From positions 1,159 through 65,158 of the forward strand of contig JABHTJ010000004.1 of the NCBI GenBank assembly GCA_018697295.1: a DNA stretch of 64,000 nucleotides, in the 5' to 3' direction. Shown here piece after piece: positions 51,707 through 61,369 of this stretch (positions within the stretch are counted from its first letter, which is position 1; the number at the start of each line of letters is the position of its first letter). The stretch comes from an archaeon (GTDB taxonomy: Archaea > Nanobdellota > Nanobdellia > Pacearchaeales > GW2011-AR1). A program made the translations under genes and the position numbers. The notes beneath the pieces were generated by a model, which had not been told where the DNA came from, did not search any database, and was given only the letters and a program-made list of their open reading frames with translations.

Positions 51707-53089
51707 ATGGATAAAGAACAATTATTTAGAAAACCGACGAAGACTATCTCAGGGGTTGCTCCAGTCTCAGTTATGCTGCCTCCGCGTCGTTGTGAGCATG
51801 GTGCATGTCTTTATTGCCCAACTTTGAATGCGCCACAGTCTTATACTCCAGAGAGTCCTGCTGTTCTTCGTGCGCGTAAAGCTGAATATGACCCATATAG
51901 ACAAGTAAAAATGAGAGTTGAAACTCTTGAAGGAATGGGACATCCAACAGATAAGATTGAGTTAATTTTGATGGGTGGAACTTTTTTATCTTATCCTGAA
52001 GATTTTCAATTTGAATTTGTTAAGCGTTGTTATGATGCCTTGAATGGTCGTGATTCAAAAGATATTAATGAGGCTAAAAAGATTAATGAGACTGCCAAAT
52101 ATCGCTGTACTGCGCTTTGTATTGAGACTCGCCCGGATGTTTGTAAAGAGCATCATGTAAAAAATTTGCTTGCATGGGGAACGACTCGAGTTGAACTGGG
52201 GGTTCAAATTATTGATGATGAAATTTACAAAAGTATTAATCGCTGTCATGATGTTGCTGCAGTTACTGCTGCTACTAAACGTCTTAAGATTGCGGGATTT
52301 AAAATCGGTTATCACTTAATGCCGGGGTTGCCCAAAAGTAATCCTAAACATGACATTAAAAAAATAAAAAAGGTTTTTTCTTCTCAAGACTTTAAACCTG
52401 ATCAAATTAAGATTTATCCTTGTCAGGTTTTGAAGGGTTCTGGACTTGTTGCGAAATATTATGCTCATGAATTTGTTCCATATTCTAAAGAAGTTGCAAA
52501 AGATATTATTTTGAAGACGATTAAACTTACTCCGAATTATGTGAGGATTATGAGGATAATGCGAGAGATTCCTCCCCAGTATCTTATTGCTGGAATAACT
52601 AATTTAGATTTGCGACATGAAATTGAAAAAGAAATTCGTGAGAAGCACATTAAAGTTAAGGAAATTCGGTTTCGAGAAATTGGATTTGCACTTCAAAAAA
52701 AGAATTATTCTAAAATTAAAACTGATATAAAAATTAAAGTTACGAAGTATAAAGCGAGTGGCGGAACTGAGTTTTTTATAGAGGCTGTTAACAAAGATAA
52801 TATTTTGTTTGGACTTTTACGTCTTCGTCTTGAAAAGAATAAACTTATTCCTGCGATGGTTCGAGAACTTCATGTTTATGGTCCTGCGTTAAAACTTGGT
52901 GCAGAAGCTAAAGAAGAATGGCAACACAAAGGACTTGGAAAAATTTTGATGAACGAAGCTGAAAAAATATCTAAGAAAAAAGGTTATTCTATGATTCGCG
53001 TTATTTCTGGTATAGGGGTACGAGAATACTATTATAATTTGGGATACTTATTGGATCGCGATGGAATTTATGTTGAGAAAGTTTTGTGA
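51707..53089 (+). CDS. elp3: Elp3-family radical-SAM/GNAT tRNA uridine(34) modification enzyme
   Basis: Radical-SAM cluster CEHGACLYCP. GNAT C-terminus VRELHVYG, QHKGLGKILMNEAEKI. Confidence 0.93.
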   Translation: MDKEQLFRKPTKTISGVAPVSVMLPPRRCEHGACLYCPTLNAPQSYTPESPAVLRARKAEYDPYRQVKMRVETLEGMGHPTDKIELILMGGTFLSYPEDFQFEFVKRCYDALNGRDSKDINEAKKINETAKYRCTALCIETRPDVCKEHHVKNLLAWGTTRVELGVQIIDDEIYKSINRCHDVAAVTAATKRLKIAGFKIGYHLMPGLPKSNPKHDIKKIKKVFSSQDFKPDQIKIYPCQVLKGSGLVAKYYAHEFVPYSKEVAKDIILKTIKLTPNYVRIMRIMREIPPQYLIAGITNLDLRHEIEKEIREKHIKVKEIRFREIGFALQKKNYSKIKTDIKIKVTKYKASGGTEFFIEAVNKDNILFGLLRLRLEKNKLIPAMVRELHVYGPALKLGAEAKEEWQHKGLGKILMNEAEKISKKKGYSMIRVISGIGVREYYYNLGYLLDRDGIYVEKVL

Positions 53090-53124
53090 GATTAATTTGG
53101 AATTATAGTTTTCTAAGGTTCTTC

Positions 53125-53940
53125 TTATTCACTTAGTTTTTTAGAACTTTTCTTTCGTTTGGAAACTATGAACATAAAAATAATTAGGGCAATAAAAACT
53201 CCTACAAAAGATATTTTGCCTGGAGTTGCCATTCCAACAACAGCTCCGGTGATAGATGAGAGAATACTTTTTGGCTCTTCTGATTCTCGATTTTCACTCA
53301 TAAGAGTTTCATCGTTTAATTCTTCGATGGTTTTTATTTCATCACTTTTATTTGAATCTCCATCTCCAGAAATCTGTATAACTGAATTTCCTCCACCCGA
53401 ACCTCCACCCGAACCTCCGCTGTTTCCCCCATTACCTGGATCTGGACAAGCTCCACAATCTTCTGGAGAGTTTAAACAAGTTTCTCCAAGGGCTACGTCA
53501 CACTGACCATTGTTTGAACATTCACTGAATGAACAATCAATTAAACAAAATGAACATTCATTTGCAATTTCGCTACAAACGTTATCTCCACAACCCTCAA
53601 AACTTTCTGGTGCTTGGTCAATTGTAAGATTTAAATCAGTAACCTCTAAAGATTCAAAAGAATGTTCTTGATCCATCTTTTCTCCATTTATAAAAAACTC
53701 TACGACCCCTCCAGGAATACTGCTTTCGATTGTTAATTCATAAAAACCGTTAGAAATTTCTGAGTAACCTGTGATAATCCCCCCAATTCCCCCGGTAATC
53801 ACATATCCAGGGGGAATTAATTCTCCATCATTATGTGTTGCAATTCCCCTAAAATTGTGTGGGTAAGATATTGATGAAACAAGTCCTATAATTAAAAATA
53901 AAAATAAAAAAGTTAAAAGAATATTCAGTTTGTGTTTCAT
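53125..53940 (-). CDS. Secreted Cys-rich, Gly-rich protein with C-terminal TM anchor
   Basis: Signal peptide. Cys-rich CGDNVCSEIANECSFCLIDCSFSECSNNGQCD. GGNSGGSGGGSGGGNS linker. C-terminal PGKISFVGVFIALIIFMFIVSKRKKSSKK. Confidence 0.7.
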   Translation of the reverse strand: MKHKLNILLTFLFLFLIIGLVSSISYPHNFRGIATHNDGELIPPGYVITGGIGGIITGYSEISNGFYELTIESSIPGGVVEFFINGEKMDQEHSFESLEVTDLNLTIDQAPESFEGCGDNVCSEIANECSFCLIDCSFSECSNNGQCDVALGETCLNSPEDCGACPDPGNGGNSGGSGGGSGGGNSVIQISGDGDSNKSDEIKTIEELNDETLMSENRESEEPKSILSSITGAVVGMATPGKISFVGVFIALIIFMFIVSKRKKSSKKLSE

Positions 53941-53992
53941 AGAAGACCTTGAGTTTAGTTCTTTAAAAGAATTGTTGTTCTATGAAATATAT

Positions 53993-54035
53993 AAAAGAAA
54001 AAAAAGAAAAAAAAGAAAAAAAAGAAAGAAAAAAA
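53993..54035 (-). terminator. 43-nt pure pyrimidine (T-rich) tract on the transcribed strand immediately after the stop of 54036-56543
   Basis: Plus strand reads aaaag(a8g)x3 aaagaaaaaaa. Oligo-T runs are the usual archaeal termination signal. Confidence 0.4.
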
Positions 54036-56543
54036 TTATTTATCTTCTTCGATTTGACCGTCTTCGTAGTCAGGAACTGATGGTGCGTATAGCAAGTTAT
54101 TCTGTCCTGTGATGAATGCCCAATATCCTTCTGTTGGAACAAGTTCCAAGATAGGGGATGCGCCTTCATTAAACATGGTTACTTCTGCTAAATCTGTTAA
54201 GATTCCTCCGCTAAGGTCTGCAATTTCATCAGATTGGAGAACGTCATTTAGGCCGTAATGTCCGATTAAGTTCCATCCAGTTGTTAGTTCAACTTGTGGT
54301 GGTGAGGGTAAGTTTTCCCCAAGCCCATAGAATTTTTCACCATTGTGATAAATTACAACTTCTTCGTCCATTAAAATGTAGTATCCGTATCCTGGAATTA
54401 CATTTTGAACTCTAGAGGCATAAGCAGTCCATCTACTTCCGTCAGCAATTGGTTCATTATATCTCCATACATTTTTATCTTCGTTCATGTCGTAAGTATA
54501 AGACCATATTCTTTGTGCTCTCGAAGAAATTTCTTCTCCAAAAACAAAATTAATGCTAGTATTATCTTCTTCAGGAACTAACGGTACTGAAATTAAATTC
54601 CAACCAAGATTAAACATCATACTGTATTTGAAAACAGTTACGGTAGTCATATCAATTTCACTATAGCCATCTCCATCATGTACTCTAAATGCTAATGTTC
54701 TTTCACCAATTGAATCATACGATGTACAAGGATCTTCAGATGTATCATCTACATCGAATTCTCCATCATAATCTAAATCCCATTCGTAAGTGAATGAAGT
54801 GTCAAAAACGTCAGTTGCAGTACCGTCAAAACAAACAAGTTCGTAAACTGCAATTTCGTAAGGTCCTCCAGCATCAGCTTCGGGAGCAACGTTTGAAATA
54901 GTTATTTCAGCTTCATCGTAGCCATAACCTTCATCGTTATCCATTACTCGAACAGCGACAGTATCGTCTAAAACGGCATCTCCATTTCCGCAAGTGTAAT
55001 TAACAATTTGGCCAGTAGCATCATCATAAACATCATCACCATTAAAATCCCATTCGAAAACTAGTGGAAAATCTGCTGCAACATCTGTTGCTTGAGCAAT
55101 TAATTCTATGGTTTGAGCTTCATTACAAACATATTCTCCTGCGTTTACATCTGGATTTTCATTGAATACGTAAAGCATATCAAATGCAGAATCACAATCT
55201 CCATCGATATCACAAATAGTTAAACTAACATTATAATCTCCATCGTCAGCATATAGGTGAGAAGGATTTTGTAATGTAGAATTTTCTTCATCTCCAAATG
55301 TCCAAAACCAAGATAATACCGGGTCATGACTTGTTGAAGTATCGGTAAAATCTACGGATTCACTTTCCCAAAAATTGTAGGAGCTTGCATTAAATGAAGC
55401 GTTTGGTCCAATATCTAAAACCTCGATATATTCAACTTTCGTTTCGATTGTTGAATGCCCTGCATCATCTGTTACGGTTAATGAAACTGTATAAAGTCCA
55501 TCTTCCATGTACCAAATATTCATAGGATTTTCATCTGTTGAAGAGTCTGGTGCACCTCCAATAAAAGACCATTCATGATCTAAATTAGAATCTACAGTAT
55601 CTGTTGCTTCGCTTGTACAACTAACTTCTAAATCTTCATCTCCGGTTAAGGGAGTGCAAGTAAAGTCTGCAGTTGGGGCTAAGCAATCATAGGTGAATGA
55701 ATCTTCAAAGTCTACTGTGTCTGAATTTTCATGTTCATCTTCAGCAGTTACTGAACAATCGACTGTAACTCCATCGCTAGCGTGCATTGTAGTTGCAGAA
55801 ACTATTCCACAGTAAGTGTTTTCTCCAGATAAAATCATTGGACCTGCAGCACTGTAACTTCCGCTAGATTCGCAATCTAAATCAACATTTGCAATCTCAG
55901 ATACATCTGTAACAGTTACACAAACTTCTACGTCATCTGAACACATTGGGAATTCTGGAGTGTAAATTACTTCTCCAATCTCTGGAGCGTCATTATCAAT
56001 CTCAGAACCTGAAATTACCACATTATCTAAAAAACCTTGATCATTATTTCCATCATCTAGAAAGAATTGTATTTGGATAAGTGATTCGTTATCAGCGCTA
56101 GATAAGGCCCAAATTTTATTTGACCATTGATCGTCGCTAACTTCTTCTAGTTCTGTCCAGCTTCCTGAATCTCCTACTCTCCATAAAATTCTAAATCGAT
56201 CACTGGTTCCCATAGAATATGTTCTTCTATCGTATTCAAGTCCAATATTTTCATAACCTGTTGTATCAAGATTTAATTGAATATATGAATCATCTTGAAT
56301 AACTACATATTTGGTTGCATCAGTTGGAAATTCATCTCTAAGGAAAATATCATCATCATTTAATGGGTGAACATAGTCTCCAATTTCCCAGCCATTAGCA
56401 TTCATTTCCGCGTAAAGATCTAATCCGCCATCATAAGCATATCCGTTAAAATCGTCTTCAAAAAGGGTGTTAGCACTTGCAATATTACTTGCTGCTAATA
56501 CTAAGACTAACATAAGTATAAAACTTAATGTTAAATTTTTCAT
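54036..56543 (-). CDS. Large secreted protein with multiple PKD-like domains
   Basis: Signal peptide MKNLTLSFILMLVLVLAASNIASA. PKD-like signatures (HEWSFIGG...YTVSLTVTDDAGHS; WFWTFGDEENS...YNVSLTICDIDGD; FEWDFNGDD; YEWDLDYDGEFD). Confidence 0.85.
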   Translation of the reverse strand: MKNLTLSFILMLVLVLAASNIASANTLFEDDFNGYAYDGGLDLYAEMNANGWEIGDYVHPLNDDDIFLRDEFPTDATKYVVIQDDSYIQLNLDTTGYENIGLEYDRRTYSMGTSDRFRILWRVGDSGSWTELEEVSDDQWSNKIWALSSADNESLIQIQFFLDDGNNDQGFLDNVVISGSEIDNDAPEIGEVIYTPEFPMCSDDVEVCVTVTDVSEIANVDLDCESSGSYSAAGPMILSGENTYCGIVSATTMHASDGVTVDCSVTAEDEHENSDTVDFEDSFTYDCLAPTADFTCTPLTGDEDLEVSCTSEATDTVDSNLDHEWSFIGGAPDSSTDENPMNIWYMEDGLYTVSLTVTDDAGHSTIETKVEYIEVLDIGPNASFNASSYNFWESESVDFTDTSTSHDPVLSWFWTFGDEENSTLQNPSHLYADDGDYNVSLTICDIDGDCDSAFDMLYVFNENPDVNAGEYVCNEAQTIELIAQATDVAADFPLVFEWDFNGDDVYDDATGQIVNYTCGNGDAVLDDTVAVRVMDNDEGYGYDEAEITISNVAPEADAGGPYEIAVYELVCFDGTATDVFDTSFTYEWDLDYDGEFDVDDTSEDPCTSYDSIGERTLAFRVHDGDGYSEIDMTTVTVFKYSMMFNLGWNLISVPLVPEEDNTSINFVFGEEISSRAQRIWSYTYDMNEDKNVWRYNEPIADGSRWTAYASRVQNVIPGYGYYILMDEEVVIYHNGEKFYGLGENLPSPPQVELTTGWNLIGHYGLNDVLQSDEIADLSGGILTDLAEVTMFNEGASPILELVPTEGYWAFITGQNNLLYAPSVPDYEDGQIEEDK

Positions 56544-56842
56544 TATTAAATAAAACCTCCTTTCAAAAAATATAAATGCGAATTTTTATTCTCCAATAAA
56601 TCTAATCCCTTTCTTCCCTTTTCCATGACTATTCTATATGGCGTTTAGTTAAAAACTTTTGCCGACCTTTTTTACTACTTTTCTTAAACACTCTTTCTCG
56701 ACGATAAATTCTCTTGAGATAAACGTTAGATTAATGAGATAAATAATTTAAACTAGGAGTTTGAATTATCTTTAGTGTAATCAATTTTGAGGAGTGAAAA
56801 CGTTACCCGAATGTTTAAATTGTTTGCTTAATTTTTTTTAGC

Positions 56843-57544
56843 ATGGTTTTACCATTAGAAGAAAGTGGAAATGAGGATTTTGTTGGAATTGCAAGTCGGA
56901 CGAGAAAAGGATTTGGAATTATTCGAAAAGAACTTGATGAAATGAAGCGTTCTCTTGATTTAATGAAGAATTATTTGGGTCAACAGAAAAGGGATTATGG
57001 TTTTTATAAAAAAGATGTTGATTCTCGAAATGAGGAATTTAAACGAGAGTCTGAGGAATTTTCTTCGAAGCTTGTTAAGATAAAAGTTTTGTTGTCTGAA
57101 TTTAATATGCTTCGTCGGGAAATGGTGATTGGGCGAGATTTGGGGAAGATTGAGGCGCGAATTAAAGTTTCTTGTAAGGGTGAAGTTTCTAGTTGTAAGA
57201 AGAAAAATAAGAATCTTGAGGAAAAATTGGAAGTGGCTCTCGATAGAATTGCTGCGCTTGAGAAAGGAACTGTTTTGAAAAAAAGGAAAGTATTTTGGAG
57301 GAAGAAAGAAAGAAAGAAACCTGCAGAGTCTGAAATTTTGGAAGAGGATTCAAAAGAGGATGGGTTATATTCTGATAGCGAGGTTGCTAGTATTGATGAA
57401 CTTCGCGATGGTGATGTGAAAAAACTCGGCGAGAAGCGTGTTTGGACTGCCGAAGAATTGAAAGCTGAAGTTTCTGGAGATGGTGAGAAGAAGATTTCTA
57501 AGGCAAAAAGAGCGCGGAAGAAAGTTGCCCGGAAACGGAAGTAA
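56843..57544 (+). CDS. Lys/Glu-rich coiled-coil protein, function unknown
   Basis: 233 aa, highly charged, basic C-terminus KAKRARKKVARKRK. Confidence 0.55.
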   Translation: MVLPLEESGNEDFVGIASRTRKGFGIIRKELDEMKRSLDLMKNYLGQQKRDYGFYKKDVDSRNEEFKRESEEFSSKLVKIKVLLSEFNMLRREMVIGRDLGKIEARIKVSCKGEVSSCKKKNKNLEEKLEVALDRIAALEKGTVLKKRKVFWRKKERKKPAESEILEEDSKEDGLYSDSEVASIDELRDGDVKKLGEKRVWTAEELKAEVSGDGEKKISKAKRARKKVARKRK

Positions 57545-57591
57545 GATTGCAGTGATTGAATTAATTTGGAAGGCTATTTCTTCAAAAAATT

Positions 57592-58275
57592 TTATTGATT
57601 TCTTTTCTTGAATCTTTCCCATTGATCCTTAAGATAATCTTTTGGCAGGCCCTGTTTTTTTGATTTTTTCTTTTTTGGGAGATGGTAAGCGAATCCTTTT
57701 CCAGTAAATCTTTTTAGATGTCTTCTAACTGCCATTGACTCTACAACTTTTCTAGGACTTATTTTATGGGTCTCGCAATATGCCTTATACGCTTCTGATT
57801 GAGAATATAGTGCTTGATTAATTTCAACTATTTTTTTCCCTACGACATCTTCTTCAAAATAATCTTTGACTGAATTGTAAGATAGTGTGAGTCTCTCAAA
57901 AATATCTTCCTTCTCTGGGTTATCTGTAAGGTCTCCGGACATGATTTTGCTTTCGACTAATTTTCTTCTTACTTCGGAATTAGACTGTGCCCCTTTCCAA
58001 AGTCCAGTAAGTGGACCAAAACCATAGGATGTTACAAAAAAAGCACCTTTGCTTGTAACTTGCCTAAAATCGCTTACTCCTTTTTGAGCAAGGTATTGTC
58101 GTGCAGGTTCTGGATCTAATTGGTCAAAAAAATCTGCGTAACTCTCTTTTATTGGTCTATATCTTCTTGTCTTGGTGTTTGTTAGTGTTTCAAATTCTTC
58201 TACTCCAATTTCTCTATTGAATAGTGCTGGTTCCCATTCTTCTTGTGAAATTTCTAAAATATTTTCTAATGTCAT
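57592..58275 (-). CDS. Hypothetical protein
   Basis: Trimmed to the first ATG (MTLENILEISQEEWEP...); the listed ORF starts at TTG 58353. No recognised domain. Confidence 0.5.
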   Translation of the reverse strand: MTLENILEISQEEWEPALFNREIGVEEFETLTNTKTRRYRPIKESYADFFDQLDPEPARQYLAQKGVSDFRQVTSKGAFFVTSYGFGPLTGLWKGAQSNSEVRRKLVESKIMSGDLTDNPEKEDIFERLTLSYNSVKDYFEEDVVGKKIVEINQALYSQSEAYKAYCETHKISPRKVVESMAVRRHLKRFTGKGFAYHLPKKKKSKKQGLPKDYLKDQWERFKKRNQ

Positions 58276-58370
58276 GATTATTTTTTGAGAGATTTGTTTA
58301 TTAAATTTTGTTTGGTTGATTTTTACAACAACTTTTATAAGTCCACGCTCCAATTTTTAATAACATTACA

Positions 58371-60275
58371 ATGGGATGGTCATTATATAAGAGAAAAGCG
58401 GATGATTCTGGAATTGGAACTGGTTTGTTTAATTATACTGGTGAGAAAATGGAGCCATTGAAGTTTTCAAATGGGAAGACTCAGGAAGATGTTGTGAATG
58501 AAGTAATGGATGCAATTGGCGCTGGGAATAAGATTATTTTTATCAAGGGTGTTTGTGGTTCTGGGAAATCTGCTATGGCGCTCAATATTGCGAAGAATTT
58601 TAAGAAAAGTTCAATTATTGTTCCGATTAAATCTTTGCAAGAACAATATGAAATTGATTATACTCAGAAGATGTTTATTACAAAAGATGATGGGAATCCT
58701 TTGAAAATTTCTGTGATTAAGGGGCGGAATAATTTTTCTTGTGTTTTTGGTGGAGACCGGGCAGACGATCCAACCATTCCTTGTACAATTGAAATTCGGG
58801 AGAAAAATACTGAAGCACTTTTAGAATATATTGAGCAGAATCCTTGTGCCGATCGAGAGGATTTTTCTTCTGCAACGGATGTTAAACGAATGAATATTGC
58901 TCCTGCATGTCCTTATTGGGCGCCGATTATGCCTTCTGAAATTAATCCTAAAGGTTTAGGCGAATTTACTAAGAAAAAATATGATGCGATTGCCGGAGTT
59001 GAATATGCCGTTTTCAAGCGGAAAAAAGGTTGTCCATTTTATGATCAATATGACGCGTATGCTGATTCGGATGTTTTGATCTTTAATTCTATGAAATATT
59101 TAATTGAAACTGAAATTGGGCGAAAACCTAAAACTGATATTGAGATTATTGACGAATGTGATGAATTTTTGGATAATTTTGCAAATGAGAAAAAAATTAA
59201 TATGAATCGGTTGCAACAGTCGCTTGTGAAATTAATGCCTCAAGACCAAAAAGACAGGGCGGCTCTAAAGGAAATTTTAAATGATATTAATTCGTTTTTA
59301 TTTAATCCGGAAAAAATTGAAATACAAAAACTCCCTTCTTCAAAATTATATCCTATCTTAGAGAAAATACTCAAAGCTCCGAATTTGGCGAGTGAAGAAG
59401 AGCTGAATTATTATAATAATGTGGTTGATATTGCTCGGAGTTTTGAAAAACTTCTTGATGAAACTTACATTGCGACAGATAATTATTCTTCTAATGGAGT
59501 TAAACCTGCGAGCGGTCAGCAAGGGCTTTTTGGCAGCAAAGATGATTATGAGGAGCCAGTTGTGATAAATCTTGTTTCGATTAATTTAGCTTCTAAGTTG
59601 CACGAGTTAATTGAGGCGAATAAAGTTCTTGTGATGATGTCTGGGACTTTGCACTCTGAAGAAGTTTTGAGAGATATTTTCGGACTTGATAAATTTAAAG
59701 TAATCGAGGCTGAAACAGAGAATCCTGGAGAAATAAAAAAACAGCGAACTGGGTTGGAAAGAAATTGTAGTTATGCTAATTTTCAAAATGAAACGATTAC
59801 ACGTAAAATGTATTTGAAAATTATGGATTTATGTTTGGCTAATGCTAAATCTCCCACGTTAGTTCATGTGAATGCGTTTAAGGATTTGCCTACTGAAGAA
59901 GAAAATGAAGAATGGAAGTTTGATAATTTGATTACACAAGAACGACTTCGAGAGCTTCAGAAGTTTGGAAATTCTGCTGTTGATGAGTTTACTAATAAAG
60001 AAAGTGACGTGCTTTTTACGACTAAATGTTCTCGAGGAATTGATTTTGCCGGAGATAAATGTAATTCGATTATTGTAACTCGGTTTCCTTATCCCAATGT
60101 TCAGGGACTTTTTTGGAAGATTTTGAAACAAGAACAGCCCGATAAATTTATGGAATTTTATTTGGATAAGTCTCGTCGTGATTTAGTTCAAAAAATTGCC
60201 CGTGGTGTTCGGTTTAAGGGAGATATGGTAGACTTATGGAGTCCGGATGTTCGAGTTTTGAATGGAAAGCTTTAG
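58371..60275 (+). CDS. SF2 helicase, XPD/Rad3/DinG-like
   Basis: Walker A GVCGSGKS, motif II IIDECDEF. Several Cys between (FSCVF, IPCT, NPCAD, ACPYW, GCPFYD) are compatible with an FeS domain. C-terminal TKCSRGIDFAGDKCNSIIVTRFPYPN and QKIARGVRFKGD. Confidence 0.7.
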   Translation: MGWSLYKRKADDSGIGTGLFNYTGEKMEPLKFSNGKTQEDVVNEVMDAIGAGNKIIFIKGVCGSGKSAMALNIAKNFKKSSIIVPIKSLQEQYEIDYTQKMFITKDDGNPLKISVIKGRNNFSCVFGGDRADDPTIPCTIEIREKNTEALLEYIEQNPCADREDFSSATDVKRMNIAPACPYWAPIMPSEINPKGLGEFTKKKYDAIAGVEYAVFKRKKGCPFYDQYDAYADSDVLIFNSMKYLIETEIGRKPKTDIEIIDECDEFLDNFANEKKINMNRLQQSLVKLMPQDQKDRAALKEILNDINSFLFNPEKIEIQKLPSSKLYPILEKILKAPNLASEEELNYYNNVVDIARSFEKLLDETYIATDNYSSNGVKPASGQQGLFGSKDDYEEPVVINLVSINLASKLHELIEANKVLVMMSGTLHSEEVLRDIFGLDKFKVIEAETENPGEIKKQRTGLERNCSYANFQNETITRKMYLKIMDLCLANAKSPTLVHVNAFKDLPTEEENEEWKFDNLITQERLRELQKFGNSAVDEFTNKESDVLFTTKCSRGIDFAGDKCNSIIVTRFPYPNVQGLFWKILKQEQPDKFMEFYLDKSRRDLVQKIARGVRFKGDMVDLWSPDVRVLNGKL

Positions 60276-60309
60276 GAACGTTTTTATATTTTAATTTGTA
60301 ATTATTTTT

Positions 60310-60537
60310 ATGAAAAAGAAGTATGTGATTGTGCAAAAACCGAATCTTGTTCTTTGGGTTTGGTTTGTAAGTTTTATATTAGCTAAATTATTCTCTAAAT
60401 ATATATTGTTTGACCTTGTTGCTTTTGGAGCTATTTTTACATGGGCTTGGTTAGAGATTTTTGATGGAGTTAATAATTTTAGAAAAGGACTTGGGATTTT
60501 TGTGATGATTTTTATTTTGGTTTCGAGAATGGTTTAG
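60310..60537 (+). CDS. Small membrane protein
   Basis: 75 aa, three hydrophobic helices. Confidence 0.45.
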   Translation: MKKKYVIVQKPNLVLWVWFVSFILAKLFSKYILFDLVAFGAIFTWAWLEIFDGVNNFRKGLGIFVMIFILVSRMV

Positions 60538-60619
60538 TAGATTTTGAAATATTATTGTCTTAAGTTCTTATTTTACCAAATTAAGTAAGACTTAAATAAA
60601 GGCTCAAGGGTGTGATTAT

Positions 60620-61099
60620 ATGGCATCTGAGAAGGATTCGGTACGATTTTATGTATTTGGAAGAGATAATTGGGCAAATGTAGTTTTTACGGATACGACA
60701 AATCTGGTTTTAGGTTATGAGTCTGACGTCCCATTACATTCATTGTATCAAGGGAATGTTCGTCTTATAAAAGGATCTGGTCGTCGAAGTAAAGTTCATG
60801 AAGGATTATATGCTCTTGGGGAAACTGTTCAGGCGGCTAAATTTGACCTAGGCGAGTGGATGCAATATTTTCCATTACATAGTGCTGGAGAAATTATTCG
60901 CGCTGAAGAATTATCTGGAGAACATTATCTGACTATTTGTGATCAATTTGAAAGTGCGCTTAAAGGCCATGAAGCATTTGTTAGGGGAGTTGATGAGGAA
61001 TATGGTAATGAATTGGAAAGATTACAAGCTGAGAGATCTCGAGTGATAAATGAACATGTGCCTAATATTGAAGAAATTGTTAGGTCTGTCTTGACCTAG
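60620..61099 (+). CDS. Hypothetical protein
   Basis: 159-aa ORF with no recognised domain. Confidence 0.5.
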   Translation: MASEKDSVRFYVFGRDNWANVVFTDTTNLVLGYESDVPLHSLYQGNVRLIKGSGRRSKVHEGLYALGETVQAAKFDLGEWMQYFPLHSAGEIIRAEELSGEHYLTICDQFESALKGHEAFVRGVDEEYGNELERLQAERSRVINEHVPNIEEIVRSVLT

Positions 61100-61140
61100 G
61101 TTTTTATTTTTTACGCATACACTTTACCGATCTATATTGA

Positions 61141-61219
61141 CGCCCACACCCGGAATCGAACCGGGATGCCCGAAGGCCCGGTTTTCTAGACCGGTGCAAT
61201 ACCATTATACGATGTGGGC
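61141..61219 (-). tRNA. Class II tRNA, Ser-like, anticodon AGA by canonical loop numbering
   Basis: Hand fold. Acceptor GCCCACA/UGUGGGC with discriminator G; anticodon stem CCGGU/ACCGG with loop CUAGAAA; 12-nt variable arm GCCUUCGGGCAU; T-arm CCCGG-UUCGAUU-CCGGG. Confidence 0.75.
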
Positions 61220-61254
61220 TTGCAAATATTGAAATAGGAATTAGTTTTTAAGTT

Positions 61255-61273
61255 TACGCCCATACGAGGAATC
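61255..61273 (-). repeat. 19-nt duplicate of the 3' end (plus 2 flanking nt) of tRNA-Ser(GGA)
   Basis: tacgcccatacgaggaatc is identical at 61255-61273 and 61368-61386. The copy diverges after the T-loop start. Confidence 0.8.
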
Positions 61274-61369
61274 TCCTCAAACTTTGCTCTAAAATTTTAT
61301 GATCGCTTCGCAATAAAATTCGAGCAAAAATTTTCGCCTCGACAGTCTCGGTTCGATTTGTGTTGGCTA

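Noticed and set aside
53930-54169. ORFs 53930-54112 (+) and 53963-54169 (-), encoding KRKKRKKRKK / FFSFFSFF peptides
   Set aside because: They are translations of the (GA8)n homopurine tract and of the antisense of the PKD gene end. No start context.
56556-56560. GGAGG (minus strand) 12 nt upstream of ATG 56543 as a Shine-Dalgarno site
   Set aside because: It lies between the TATA-like box (about 56571-56577) and the ATG, where the transcript probably has not yet started. It is isolated, with no similar motif at other genes. Left unassigned.
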